From: an uncultured Victivallales bacterium
Lineage (GTDB): Bacteria > Verrucomicrobiota > Kiritimatiellia > UBA8416
DNA length: 64,000 nucleotides
Assembly (NCBI GenBank): GCA_964387425.1
Contig: CAYLXP010000004.1
Span: 4,246 to 68,245 of the forward strand
Reading direction: 5' to 3'
Part shown: positions 36,003 through 45,878 of the stretch, in pieces
Numbering within the stretch: position 1 is the first letter of the stretch
Layout: each line of letters starts with the position of its first letter
Notes under the pieces: model-generated
Databases searched by the model: none
Told to the model about the DNA's origin: nothing
The model's input: the letters and a program-made list of their open reading frames with translations, nothing else
Position numbers and translations under genes: made by a program

Positions 36003-38432
36003 ATGAAGACGCTATTTGCATTCATATTGGTTTCAGCTGCCTTGGCCGGTTCGGCCCGGGCAGACCTGTGGGATGATCTTGCCCGGTACGAAATGGGTGA
36101 CGCAACAAACAAGGCACCGATGCAGGTGACCGAGTTGATTACCGAAACGGCCGTGGGCGAGCGAGGGGAGATAGAGGCGCGGTTCATTGCGCTTTTGCAG
36201 TCCGACGCAGCGACCCCGGCGGCCAAGTGGTTTGCCTGCCGTATGCTGCAGCGGGTCGGTACGGAGGCGTGTGTGCCGGTACTGGCTTCGTTACTGCATG
36301 AAGAGAAGCTCTCCCACTATGCCAGGCTCACACTGGAGCGGTTGACCGATTCCGATGCGGCCGGCAAAGCCTTGCTCAAGGCGGTCAAGGATGCACCCGA
36401 TCAGCTCAAGATTGGCATTATCGGGAGTCTTGGCGTACGCGGCGATGAATCTGCCGTCAAGACGATCGCTAGATACACGAAGAGCGAGAATCTTGCGCTC
36501 GCGAAGGCAGCGGCAGAGGCATTGGGTAAGATTGGCGGAAAACCTGCCGCGGCGGCGCTTCGCAAAGCGCTCGCGGAGCAGGCAGCGCTGCCCGTTGACG
36601 CTGACGCGCTGTTGGCCCGTGCCGAGGCGATCAAAGACCCGGGGACGTTCTACCGTCGGGGGGAGAGCACGGGTGTGACCGCAATGGGTGAAGACTGCGT
36701 GACCTCAGAGGGGAAGCCGGGCTGGAAGGGGGAGTATTTCAACGGTTCTGGCTGCGATGGCGAGCCCGTACTGGTTCGTCATGATGAGAGCATCCAGTTC
36801 AACTGGGATAAGGGGAGCCCCGGCGAAGGCATCCAGGCGGACCATTTCACGGTTCGCTGGACCGGCACCGTGACGCCCCCGGAATCGAGGCTGTATACCC
36901 TTTTCTCGGATGCTGATGATAGTATCTCGATTGCGGTCGATGGTGCGCTGCTGACGAGTGCTTCAAAAGGGAGCTTCAAGCGGGAGGCCCAGGTCGAACT
37001 CGAGGCGGGGGCCGCGTACACCGTGGTGGTAACCTATGGAGAACTGGCAGGGCATGCTCGAATCACGCTGGATTGGGACTGTCCGTTGCCTGGACATCAT
37101 GAGGCGAAAGCGTGTGCGTTGGCCGCGGTGGTTCCCGTGGCGCAGCAGGGCAGTCTTCTGGCCTCAGGGGACGGCTTGCGGCCCGACGACGCATATACGC
37201 TCCTGATGGAGGGGCGCAACCCCGGCATTCGCACGGGTGCGTTCATTCAGCTTGCGGCCGCGGATCCAAAGCGCGCCAAAGCTGTGCTGATGGAAGCGCT
37301 CAACAAGGCGGATGACCCGATTCGGCCGGAGCTCCTTCGTGCTGGGATGGAGCATGGCGACGCAATGACGCGGGATGTCCTGGTCGCCAAGCATCTCTGC
37401 AATGGCAATCCTGCCGACCAGCTTGTGCTTCTCGCCGCTATTGAGGATCTCAACTATGCCGAGTACGAGCCGGAGGTCATTGAGCTTCTGGCCGCCTCGG
37501 GCGGGAAGCTTCAGGATGCAGCCATCTACACGCTTGCGACGATTGGCGGCGTGGCAAGTTTCAAGCCGCTGTATGACCTGTACTCCAAGAATCCCAGTGA
37601 CGCCGTGACCTATGCCATCACCGCCTTGCCCGTGCCGTCGGTGGATGCTCAACTCCTGAAGACGGTTGGCGAAGGCGATGACATGGCGGCACGCCTGTCT
37701 GCGATGACGCCCCTGGTGCTTCGGAATCCTGCCGGGGCGATAGCGCTGCTCAACCGGTTGGCAGGCGCGGGTCATCCGGACGAGATCCGGAAAGGCGCCT
37801 ACAAGGCCCTGGAGTCCATTAACGACCTGGATACCTGCAAGGTTCTTTCTGCTGCCGTGGTTAAAGATGATGCATGGCGGAAGCCGGCTCAGCTGACGTT
37901 GAAGCGTGTCTGTGTCTACCGGAACGAACCACAGGCCATCTGGAGTGGAGCGTTTGCTCCGGCGCTGGAGTCCGCAGACAATGGCGGCCGCGAAGCGCTG
38001 CTGGCAATTCTCGACGGCGTGGCCTGCAATGAATCCCTGGCGTACCTGAAGAAAGCGATTGAGACTCCCGGGGATCCGCTAAGGCCTGCGGCTCTTCGCT
38101 CCCTGGCCCGGTGGCCACACTTCAACGCCGGTGAGGCGTGGGTGACCATCGCAGCCGCACAGGGCTCAGCCCCCGAAGACGTTACCGCCGCTGAACGCGG
38201 AATTGTGCGTGTGCTCACGCGCAAGGAGATCAGCGCAAAAGCTGATCAGCGCGTGAAACTTGCTGCCAGGGCCATCCAGAAGGGACCAACCCCGGAGTTC
38301 AAGCAGGCAATCCTGGGTTGTTATGAGAAACCGTCCAAGGATGACATGGCGGCCATCAAGAAGCACTGGAAGCCGTTGCTGAATGATGCCAACAGCAATA
38401 TTGTGGCTCGGGTGCAGGCGCTGATGAAGTAG
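36003..38432 (+). CDS. secreted HEAT-repeat protein with embedded PA14 domain
   Basis: ATG 36003 lies after GGAAGGA; the signal peptide is MKTLFAFILVSAALAGSARA. Repeated alanine-rich HEAT-like units run throughout. The PA14-like segment reads PGWKGEYFNGSGCDGEPVLVRHDESIQFNWDKGSPGEGIQADHFTVRWTGTV…YTVVVTYGELAGHARITLDWD. Confidence 0.7.
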   Translation: MKTLFAFILVSAALAGSARADLWDDLARYEMGDATNKAPMQVTELITETAVGERGEIEARFIALLQSDAATPAAKWFACRMLQRVGTEACVPVLASLLHEEKLSHYARLTLERLTDSDAAGKALLKAVKDAPDQLKIGIIGSLGVRGDESAVKTIARYTKSENLALAKAAAEALGKIGGKPAAAALRKALAEQAALPVDADALLARAEAIKDPGTFYRRGESTGVTAMGEDCVTSEGKPGWKGEYFNGSGCDGEPVLVRHDESIQFNWDKGSPGEGIQADHFTVRWTGTVTPPESRLYTLFSDADDSISIAVDGALLTSASKGSFKREAQVELEAGAAYTVVVTYGELAGHARITLDWDCPLPGHHEAKACALAAVVPVAQQGSLLASGDGLRPDDAYTLLMEGRNPGIRTGAFIQLAAADPKRAKAVLMEALNKADDPIRPELLRAGMEHGDAMTRDVLVAKHLCNGNPADQLVLLAAIEDLNYAEYEPEVIELLAASGGKLQDAAIYTLATIGGVASFKPLYDLYSKNPSDAVTYAITALPVPSVDAQLLKTVGEGDDMAARLSAMTPLVLRNPAGAIALLNRLAGAGHPDEIRKGAYKALESINDLDTCKVLSAAVVKDDAWRKPAQLTLKRVCVYRNEPQAIWSGAFAPALESADNGGREALLAILDGVACNESLAYLKKAIETPGDPLRPAALRSLARWPHFNAGEAWVTIAAAQGSAPEDVTAAERGIVRVLTRKEISAKADQRVKLAARAIQKGPTPEFKQAILGCYEKPSKDDMAAIKKHWKPLLNDANSNIVARVQALMK

Positions 38433-38646
38433 GTGTTTGTCAGGTAACCCCGGGCCGTCTCGGCCCGAGGGCGGATCGGCTATACGGATGAGATATCCTC
38501 GGCAGCGGTTGCTGATCACATGATGCCTCGCGTGGATCTGCGCTGGCCCCGGGACGGGGCCGCGCTACTGGGAAGTCGGGAACGTTGGAGAATGGACGGG
38601 AATAACGCTCATGAAGCGTGCATGGCTGAACAGAGGAGGATGCAAG

Positions 38647-41600
38647 ATGGTTAAGCGGTTAGTGTGGGGTGCAGCGTTCGCAGTATTGATCGTGGGAATG
38701 GTGGCTCCTCAGTGCGAGGCGGCCGAGACTAGCGCTCCTGACGAGGGCGGCATTTGGATTACCGAAACAGCTAAGCAGCGTGATGCGCGCATGGCTTGGT
38801 GGCGCGAGGCGCGCTTCGGCATGTTCATCCACTGGGGGCTGTATGCAATTCCGGCCGGTGAGTGGGAGGGCAACACGAACCACGCCGAATGGATCAAGCG
38901 GACCGCAAAGATCCCGGTTGAGACCTATGACAAGTTCGTCGATCAGTTCAACCCGGTGAAGTTCGATGCCGATGCCTGGGTGAAGATGGCAAAACGTGCC
39001 GGCATGAAGTACATCGTGATCACCTCGAAGCATCATGACGGCTTCTGCCTCTGGCCCAGCAAGGTCTCCGAGTACGACATTGAGTCTACGCCCTACAAGG
39101 AGGATTTGCTGGGTCCGCTGACCGAAGCGTGCGAGAAGCACGACGTCAGGATGTGTTTCTACCACTCCATCATGGATTGGCACCATCCGCACTACACGCC
39201 CAAGCACGGTTGGGACCCCGGTACAATGCCGAAAGAGGGTGAGCCCGACTACAGCAAATATATAACCTACATGAAGGGGCAGCTCAAGGAGCTGGTCGAG
39301 GACTACGACCCCGGGGTGATGTGGTTTGACGGTGAGTGGGAAGGCACCTGGACGCACGAGATGGGCAAAGACCTGTACGAATACGTGCGCGGGCTCGATA
39401 ACGACATCATCATCAACAACCGTGTCGACAAGGGGCGCAAGGGCATGCACGGCCTGACGAAAGAGGGTGCATACCGGGGAGACTTTGGCACGCCTGAGCA
39501 GGAGATTCCCGCGACGGGATTGCCTGGCGTTGACTGGGAATCGTGCATGACGATGAACCGCAAGTGGGGGTGGAACAAGGCCGATACCCATTGGAAGTCG
39601 AGTGAGGACCTGATCCAGAAGCTGGCGGATATCGCCTCCAAGGGCGGCAACTTCCTGCTCAATATCGGACCCAAGGCTGACGGCACGTTCCCCGACAAGG
39701 CCATCGAACGTCTTGAGGAAATCGGTAAGTGGATGGACGTCAATAGCGAGTCCATCTACGACACCCAGGCCAGCCCGTTCGAGCTCTTCGACTGGGGGCG
39801 CTGTACGATGAAGAAGATCGGGTGGGGCAAGACCCGGCTTTACCTGCACGTGTTCAAATGGCCCGAATCGGGAAAGCTCTCTGTACCCATTAGCAACAAG
39901 GTCAAGGATGTGTCCCTGCTGGCGGATCCGGATGCCAAGCTGACAACGGACAGCGGCGAGTTCAAACTGACAATCGCGCTGCCGGAGACCGCTCCGGATG
40001 CCGCGAATTCAGTCGTCGTACTGGACATTGCAGGTGAGCCTGAGGTCGTGACGATCAATCCCTATGCCAACGAAACTGAAGAAGAACGCGATGCACGGAT
40101 GAAATGGTGGCGCGAGTCCCGCTTCGGTATGTTCATCCACTGGGGTGTCTATGCCGTCCCCGCCGGGACGTATGACGGGAAGCAGATCCCGGGCATTGGA
40201 GAGTGGATCATGCGGCGTGGCAAAATTCCGGTAGAGCGCTACCGCAAGTATGCCGCCGAGTTCAATCCGGTGAAGTACGATCCGGATGCCTGGGTCCGGT
40301 TGGCCAAAGAGGCCGGGATGAAGTACATCGTGATCACCTCCAAGCACCATGATGGCTTTGCTCTGTTCGATTCGAAGGTCACGGATTGGGATATCGTCGA
40401 TGCAACGCCATACGGCAAGGATTTGCTGAAACCGTTGGCCGAGGCGTGCCGCAAGCATGGGATGAAGCTGGGGTTCTATTACTCCCAGGCGCAGGACTGG
40501 ACGCACCCCGGTGGAGCCGGAACGGGATGGGACCCCGCTCAGGAGGGGGACATGACCGAGTACATCCGCAAGATTGCCGCGCCGCAGGTGCGTGAGATCC
40601 TGAGCAACTATGGCGACCTTGCCGTGTTGTGGTGGGATACGCCTGCCAACATGACGAAAGAGCGCGCAGAACTCTTGCTCCCGTTGATTCGCCTGCAGCC
40701 CGGAGTCATCCACAACAACCGGTTGGGTGGGGGGTATCGTGGCGACACCGATACGCCCGAGCAGCACATCCCGGCAACCGGTATCAAGGGCCGTGACTGG
40801 GAAACCTGCATGACCATGAACCGAACGTGGGGCTGGAAGAGCTATGACCACGACTGGAAGAGCGTGCAGATGCTGATACGCAACCTCTGCGATATTGCGT
40901 CGAAGGGGGGCAACTACCTGCTGAATGTGGGGCCCAAGCCGGACGGGACGATTCCCGATGAGAGCATCGAGCGCCTCCAGGCCGTTGGCGAGTGGATGAA
41001 GACGTACGGCGAGGCAATCTACGGAACGTCCGCCAGCCCCTGCAAGCGTCCTGCGTGGGGCCGTATTACGCGCAAGGCGTGTGACGGCAAGACAACGCTC
41101 TACCTGCACGTTTTCGAGTGGCCGGCCGACGGCAAGCTCAAGTTGTGGGTCGGTGGCGAAGTTGATTCAGCGTCGCTGCTGGGAGAGCCCGACAGGGTGA
41201 TCACGGCCACATCGGCTGAAGGTGCGACAGAGGTCACGCTCAGGGGAGAGGCTCCGGACCCGAACGCATCCGTGGTCAAGGTTGTCTACACGGGTGACAT
41301 CGAGGTGACGGATGCCCTGGCCCGTGTGAACGCAGACGGCAGCTACCAGCTGGATGCTGTGGATGCTGTGCTGCACGGCGGCCTGAAGACGGAAACCAAG
41401 GATCACAAGCCCAATATTGGGTTCTGGCTCAAATCGAGTGACTATGTGGAATGGAAGGTCCAGGTCGATAAGCCCGGCACGTTTGACGTAGCAGCTGAGC
41501 TGGCCATTCAGAATGGTGGTCAGGAAGTACGCATGGTTGTGCAGCAGGGCAAGATGAAGCCGGTAACGGCACTCCAGGCCAAGCTCGAAGCCACGGGTGG

Positions 41601-41739
41601 CTATGAGAAATTCAAGACCGTACCACTTGGGCAGCTGACGTTCAAAACGGCCGGCAAGGCAACCGTTGCGCTCCGGACCAAGGCAGAAGGTTGGAAGCCA
41701 ATCAACGTTCGGCATCTCAAGCTGGTGCCGGTGGAGTAG
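38647..41739 (+). CDS. tandem double-GH29 alpha-L-fucosidase (two complete catalytic modules in one polypeptide), secreted
   Basis: ATG 38647 lies after GAGGAGGA; the signal peptide is MVKRLVWGAAFAVLIVGMVAPQCEA. Module 1 reads …ARMAWWREARFGMFIHWGLYAIPAGEW…MKYIVITSKHHDGFCLWPSK…. Module 2 reads …ARMKWWRESRFGMFIHWGVYAVPAGTY…MKYIVITSKHHDGFALFDSK…. Each module is followed by a beta-sandwich region. Confidence 0.85.
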   Translation: MVKRLVWGAAFAVLIVGMVAPQCEAAETSAPDEGGIWITETAKQRDARMAWWREARFGMFIHWGLYAIPAGEWEGNTNHAEWIKRTAKIPVETYDKFVDQFNPVKFDADAWVKMAKRAGMKYIVITSKHHDGFCLWPSKVSEYDIESTPYKEDLLGPLTEACEKHDVRMCFYHSIMDWHHPHYTPKHGWDPGTMPKEGEPDYSKYITYMKGQLKELVEDYDPGVMWFDGEWEGTWTHEMGKDLYEYVRGLDNDIIINNRVDKGRKGMHGLTKEGAYRGDFGTPEQEIPATGLPGVDWESCMTMNRKWGWNKADTHWKSSEDLIQKLADIASKGGNFLLNIGPKADGTFPDKAIERLEEIGKWMDVNSESIYDTQASPFELFDWGRCTMKKIGWGKTRLYLHVFKWPESGKLSVPISNKVKDVSLLADPDAKLTTDSGEFKLTIALPETAPDAANSVVVLDIAGEPEVVTINPYANETEEERDARMKWWRESRFGMFIHWGVYAVPAGTYDGKQIPGIGEWIMRRGKIPVERYRKYAAEFNPVKYDPDAWVRLAKEAGMKYIVITSKHHDGFALFDSKVTDWDIVDATPYGKDLLKPLAEACRKHGMKLGFYYSQAQDWTHPGGAGTGWDPAQEGDMTEYIRKIAAPQVREILSNYGDLAVLWWDTPANMTKERAELLLPLIRLQPGVIHNNRLGGGYRGDTDTPEQHIPATGIKGRDWETCMTMNRTWGWKSYDHDWKSVQMLIRNLCDIASKGGNYLLNVGPKPDGTIPDESIERLQAVGEWMKTYGEAIYGTSASPCKRPAWGRITRKACDGKTTLYLHVFEWPADGKLKLWVGGEVDSASLLGEPDRVITATSAEGATEVTLRGEAPDPNASVVKVVYTGDIEVTDALARVNADGSYQLDAVDAVLHGGLKTETKDHKPNIGFWLKSSDYVEWKVQVDKPGTFDVAAELAIQNGGQEVRMVVQQGKMKPVTALQAKLEATGGYEKFKTVPLGQLTFKTAGKATVALRTKAEGWKPINVRHLKLVPVE

Positions 41740-41809
41740 GGGTCGGCTGGGGCAGGCTGCTGGCGTCCTCCTCCGCTGGATCGTACAGGCAAAGCTCAGG
41801 GAACGGTAT

Positions 41810-41943
41810 TCGTCGTCCTGCGGACGCCGCGGCGTGCGCTCGGAGATCGCACGCTACTGAAGAGCTCGCCGGCATGCGCTGGGGCTTCTTTAGTAGCCGT
41901 TGCTCTCCGAGCGACGGCAGCAACGCCCGAAGGGCGGTGAATG
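41810..41943. repeat. copy B of the roughly 130 bp structured intergenic repeat
   Basis: ttcgtcgtcctgcggacgccgcggcgtgcgctcggagatcgcacgctactgaagag … tagtagccgttgctctccgagcgacggcagcaacgcccgaagggcggtgaatg has the same arms as copy A, with a different roughly 35-nt centre. It lies between the convergent fucosidase and uvrC genes. Confidence 0.6.
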
Positions 41944-41960
41944 CGCCACGGTTCAGACGC

Positions 41961-43430
41961 CTACTCCGACCCCGCCAGCGCCTGCCAGATGGTGCGGGCG
42001 AATTCGGGGCCGATGCCGGGTACGGCGGCGATCCCGTCCGGTCCGGCGTTGAGCATGCGGCGGACCGATCCGAAGTGGTTGAGCAGTTGCTGTTTCCGCT
42101 TCGGGCCGATGCCGGGAATGTCATCCAGTACGGATTCCCGGATGCGCCTGCTGCGCAGGGTCCGGTGGTAGGTGATGGCGAAGCGGTGGGCTTCATCCCG
42201 CAGCCGTTGCAGAACCTTAAGGGCCTCCGAATCCTTGTGCAGCCTCAAGGGTGGCCCGTCGTCCGCCCAGTGAAGCTCTTCGTACCGTTTGGCGAGTCCT
42301 GCCGTGGGGATCTCGGGACAGTCCAGTTTTTCCAGGACAGCGCGGGCCGCCCGGAGCTGAGTAATGCCGCCGTCTACCAGGATCAGGTCAGGGAAGGGGG
42401 CTTTCTCGTCGCGCAATGCCGTGACGCGGCGTCGGACGACCTCGGCCATCATGGCGGGATCGTCGATGCCCTTCACGGTCTTGATGCGAAAGCGGCGATA
42501 GCGGTTCTTGGCGGGCATGCCGTCAACGGCGCAGACCATGCTGGCAACTGCATATGTCCCTGAGATGTTCGAGATGTCGAAGGCCTCGATGATGGCCGGT
42601 GGCGAGGGCAGTTCGAGCGCATCCTGCAGCTCGGCAACACCCCGGGCGGCAGCTTCCTTGCGCATCTGCGGCGTGGGCGCCACGCGCGCATGCTGACGTA
42701 CCGCCTTCTGCAGCAGAAAGAGCGTGTCGCGCAGGCCGGCGGCCCGCTCGAAGTCGAGCGCCTCCGAGGCTTCGTTCATGCGCGCGCGCAGTTCCTTCAA
42801 CAACTCCGGGCGATGCCCGCGCAGGAAGGCGCACGCCTCTTCAAACCGGGAGCGGTAATCGGCTTCCGAGATCTTGTCGACGCAGGGGGCTGTGCAGAAG
42901 CGGACGACATCGTTGATGCAGTGCTTATAGGTTTCGGTGTCCGGCTGCCGCGGCGTACATTTGCGGATGCCAAACTGCTTCTCGACGAAGTCCAGGGTGG
43001 CACGGGCCGCATGCGCAGAGGCGTATGGCCCGAAATAGTAGGCGCCATCCTCGCGCCGGATGCGGACGAGCGTGAAACGGGGTAGGGGATCACGGGGATT
43101 GGCCCGCAGCAAGAGAAAGCGTTTATCGTCCTTGAAAGAGATGTTGTAGCGGGGACGGTAGGCCTTGATCAGTTTGCCCTCGGTGAGCACGGCGGCAGCT
43201 TCGTTGTGGACCACGATGATGTCGATATCCCTGATGGTTTTGACCATGCCGCGGACCTTGGGGGTTGCACTCTTGAGCGAGGCTTCACGGAAATAGGAGC
43301 GGACGCGTTTACGCAGGGAGCGGGCCTTGCCGACGTAGATGATCTTCCCGTTCCGGTCCCGCATCAGGTAACAGCCGGGCTTGTCGGGGAGATTGCGGAG
43401 CTTCTCTTTGAGCTGGTCGGAGATAGTCAT
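41961..43430 (-). CDS. uvrC: excinuclease ABC subunit C (UvrC), shortened form
   Basis: The GIY-YIG N-terminus reads PDKPGCYLMRDRNGKIIYVGKARSLRKRVRSYF. A UVR motif (ALDFERAAGLRDTLFLL) and a C-terminal tandem HhH (IPGIGPKRKQQLL…VPGIGPEFARTI) follow. At 489 aa it is shorter than typical UvrC. Confidence 0.8.
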   Translation of the reverse strand: MTISDQLKEKLRNLPDKPGCYLMRDRNGKIIYVGKARSLRKRVRSYFREASLKSATPKVRGMVKTIRDIDIIVVHNEAAAVLTEGKLIKAYRPRYNISFKDDKRFLLLRANPRDPLPRFTLVRIRREDGAYYFGPYASAHAARATLDFVEKQFGIRKCTPRQPDTETYKHCINDVVRFCTAPCVDKISEADYRSRFEEACAFLRGHRPELLKELRARMNEASEALDFERAAGLRDTLFLLQKAVRQHARVAPTPQMRKEAAARGVAELQDALELPSPPAIIEAFDISNISGTYAVASMVCAVDGMPAKNRYRRFRIKTVKGIDDPAMMAEVVRRRVTALRDEKAPFPDLILVDGGITQLRAARAVLEKLDCPEIPTAGLAKRYEELHWADDGPPLRLHKDSEALKVLQRLRDEAHRFAITYHRTLRSRRIRESVLDDIPGIGPKRKQQLLNHFGSVRRMLNAGPDGIAAVPGIGPEFARTIWQALAGSE

Positions 43431-43669
43431 TGGCTAATGGTCATCCGTCATTGGCCATTGGTCAACGGAATTCGGCGTGAGTGCAAGTCGAGATCCTCGC
43501 TCGGGAGCCCCGACTCTGCAAGGAGACGTTTGTTCGTTGATCCCGGCCGGCCAGAGGGCCAGCCCTGCCGTTCTCGAGAGTCGCGTGTGCCGGTCGACTG
43601 GTAGGGTTGGGCCTCTGGCCCGACCGGCGTTGAGCGCAGAACCATCCTGTCAGACACCCGAATCTCTCG

Positions 43670-45799
43670 TCAGTTCAACACTCGATGAACAGCGTCGGCG
43701 AGAACGCGCGTGGTCATGGGTTTCATGATGTACTCGCGGATGCCAAGTTCCCGAGCCTTCTCGTCGTTGATGGCCTCGCTGAAACCGGAGCAGAGCACGA
43801 TGGGGAGATCAGGCCGCTCCTGGAGAATGCGCCGGGCCAGTTCCGCACCTGTTAATGTCGGCATCGTCTGGTCGGTAACCACGCAGTCGTAGCGATCGGG
43901 ATTGGTCTCGAATGCCTCGAGGGCCTTGACGCTGGAGCCGTAGGCTTCGATGTCATACCCAAGGTGCCTCAGTGCGATCTCAATCATCTGGACGATGGCC
44001 TCTTCATCATCCACGACCAGGATCATTTCGCCTTTCCCGCGCGGAAGGGGCGGTGCGGGTGTTCCGCTCTCACGCTCTTCGATATCGGGGGTGCAGATCG
44101 GCAGGAAAACGTTGAAGGTCGTGCCTTCGCCCGGTTCGCTGTAGACTGTGACGGCGCCGTCGTGAAGCTTCACGATGCCATGGACAGTCGAAAGCCCGAG
44201 CCCGGTTCCGTCGCGACCGCGCTTGGTTGTGAAGTAGGGCTCGAAAATGCGGTCGCGCACCTCTGATGTCATGCCGTGCCCCGTGTCGCAGATCGACATA
44301 TGGGCATACTGACCGGGAGGCAGGATGAGCTGCCCAGCCTCTTTCTCTTCGTGGAACTCGATCTTCTCGAGACGGGCATCCAGGATCCCGCCATGTTCAC
44401 GCATGGCGTGGTAAGCGTTGGTGCAGAGGTTCATGATGATCTGATGCATCTGGGTGGCATCGGCCAGCACAGGGGGGCAGTCCGCCGCAATAGTCTGCTG
44501 AATATCGATGGTGGAAGGCAGGGTGCCGCGCAGCAGCTTCAGGGCCTCTTTCATGATGGGCGCCAGCAACAGCGGTTTGCGCTCCTGTTCTGTGCGGCGG
44601 CTGAAGGTCAGGATCTGTGCGACGAGGTCCGCGGCGCGCTTGGCGGCCTTGAAGACCTCGACCATGTTGGCATGGGCAGCACTATCGTCATCCGAGTCCT
44701 GCATTGCAAGTTCCGTGTAGCCGATGACTGCGCTCAGGATGTTGTTAAAGTCGTGGGCGATGCCGCCGGCTAGCGTGCCAAGTGCCTCCATCTTCTGGGC
44801 TTGGCGGAGTTGCGACTCGAGGAGTGACTCGTGGGTGACGTCCCGGCCGATGGCCACGTAGTGGGTCGTCGTGCCGAGGTCGTTCTTGACGGGCGAGATT
44901 GTCGTCTCCAGTTCAACGGTGGTGCCGTCCTTACAGCGCTCCACCAGGGTCCCGTGCCAGACACGGCCGCGGTTGAGGTCGTTATTCAAGCTCTGGTAGA
45001 ACGCATCGTTGTGACGGCCGCTGCGGAACATCTTGGGGGTCTGTCCCACGACCTCGTCAGGCAGGTACCCCATCTTGGCGATAAACGTGGGATTGACGTA
45101 TTCAATCACGTCTTCGGCATCGGTGATGACAATGGTCTCGGCGGCCTGCTCGACCACCGTGGCGAGGCGCTGGAGTTGGGTTTGGGCCTGGTGACGTCCC
45201 GAGACGTCCACATGCGTCCCAATGGCCTTGAGCGGCGTGCCGTCGTTCGTCCACTCCACGACCTTGGCGCGGTCGAGAATCCAAAGCCACTCCCCGGTCT
45301 TGGTCTTAACGCGGTATTCGGCCCGGTAAACCGGAGATTGGCCGGAGAAGAGCGTCAGGAGCGAGGATTTGGCGCGCTTGTGGTCATCCGGATGGGTTTG
45401 CTCCGACCACCAGGTGAAATGCGGTTCGACTTCGCCCGGCTGGTATCCAAGCATCTGGGCACATCGGTCATCCGCTTTGAACTCGCCGGTGGGGATGTTC
45501 CACTCCCAGAGTCCCATGGTTGCGCTGTCGAGGGCGACTTCGATCTGGTTGCGGTGCTGCCGCAGTTCTCCCATCACGCGTCGCTGGTTGAAGCGATGCA
45601 CGAGCAGGAAGACGATCGTGGCGGCCAGGGTGACAATCAGGATGGGGTAGCCGAAGTGTGGATCTGTGGGATCAAGCGTCCACAGTGAGTCTCCGGCCGC
45701 CAACACGGGCAGGGCCGGGAGCAGTAGTGCTGTAATAGCCGTCAGGCGTCGACGTTTGCCTCGTCTACATCGTTCTACCGTGTGCGTCCTACATCTCAT
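43670..45799 (-). CDS. hybrid sensor histidine kinase / response regulator (TM-PAS-PAS-HisKA-HATPase-REC)
   Basis: PAS-like segments ([13 protein letters not shown]…; [18 protein letters not shown]…) are followed by the H-box [11 protein letters not shown]. The HATPase motifs are [11 protein letters not shown] and GTGLGLS. The C-terminal receiver reads [11 protein letters not shown]…[10 protein letters not shown]. Confidence 0.85.
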   Translation of the reverse strand: MRCRTHTVERCRRGKRRRLTAITALLLPALPVLAAGDSLWTLDPTDPHFGYPILIVTLAATIVFLLVHRFNQRRVMGELRQHRNQIEVALDSATMGLWEWNIPTGEFKADDRCAQMLGYQPGEVEPHFTWWSEQTHPDDHKRAKSSLLTLFSGQSPVYRAEYRVKTKTGEWLWILDRAKVVEWTNDGTPLKAIGTHVDVSGRHQAQTQLQRLATVVEQAAETIVITDAEDVIEYVNPTFIAKMGYLPDEVVGQTPKMFRSGRHNDAFYQSLNNDLNRGRVWHGTLVERCKDGTTVELETTISPVKNDLGTTTHYVAIGRDVTHESLLESQLRQAQKMEALGTLAGGIAHDFNNILSAVIGYTELAMQDSDDDSAAHANMVEVFKAAKRAADLVAQILTFSRRTEQERKPLLLAPIMKEALKLLRGTLPSTIDIQQTIAADCPPVLADATQMHQIIMNLCTNAYHAMREHGGILDARLEKIEFHEEKEAGQLILPPGQYAHMSICDTGHGMTSEVRDRIFEPYFTTKRGRDGTGLGLSTVHGIVKLHDGAVTVYSEPGEGTTFNVFLPICTPDIEERESGTPAPPLPRGKGEMILVVDDEEAIVQMIEIALRHLGYDIEAYGSSVKALEAFETNPDRYDCVVTDQTMPTLTGAELARRILQERPDLPIVLCSGFSEAINDEKARELGIREYIMKPMTTRVLADAVHRVLN

Positions 45800-45878
45800 A
45801 GTGATTGCGCTGGTGCAATTCCCCAGTTCGTACCTCGCAGTGAAGCTACTTTAGGCGAATAGCCGCATTAAGACGACA

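Noticed and set aside
38659-41109. Minus-strand ORFs of 396 aa (38659..39849) and 366 aa (40009..41109), antisense to the tandem fucosidase
   Set aside because: They show no family resemblance and the composition of spurious GC-rich ORFs. The plus-strand GH29 motifs are unambiguous.
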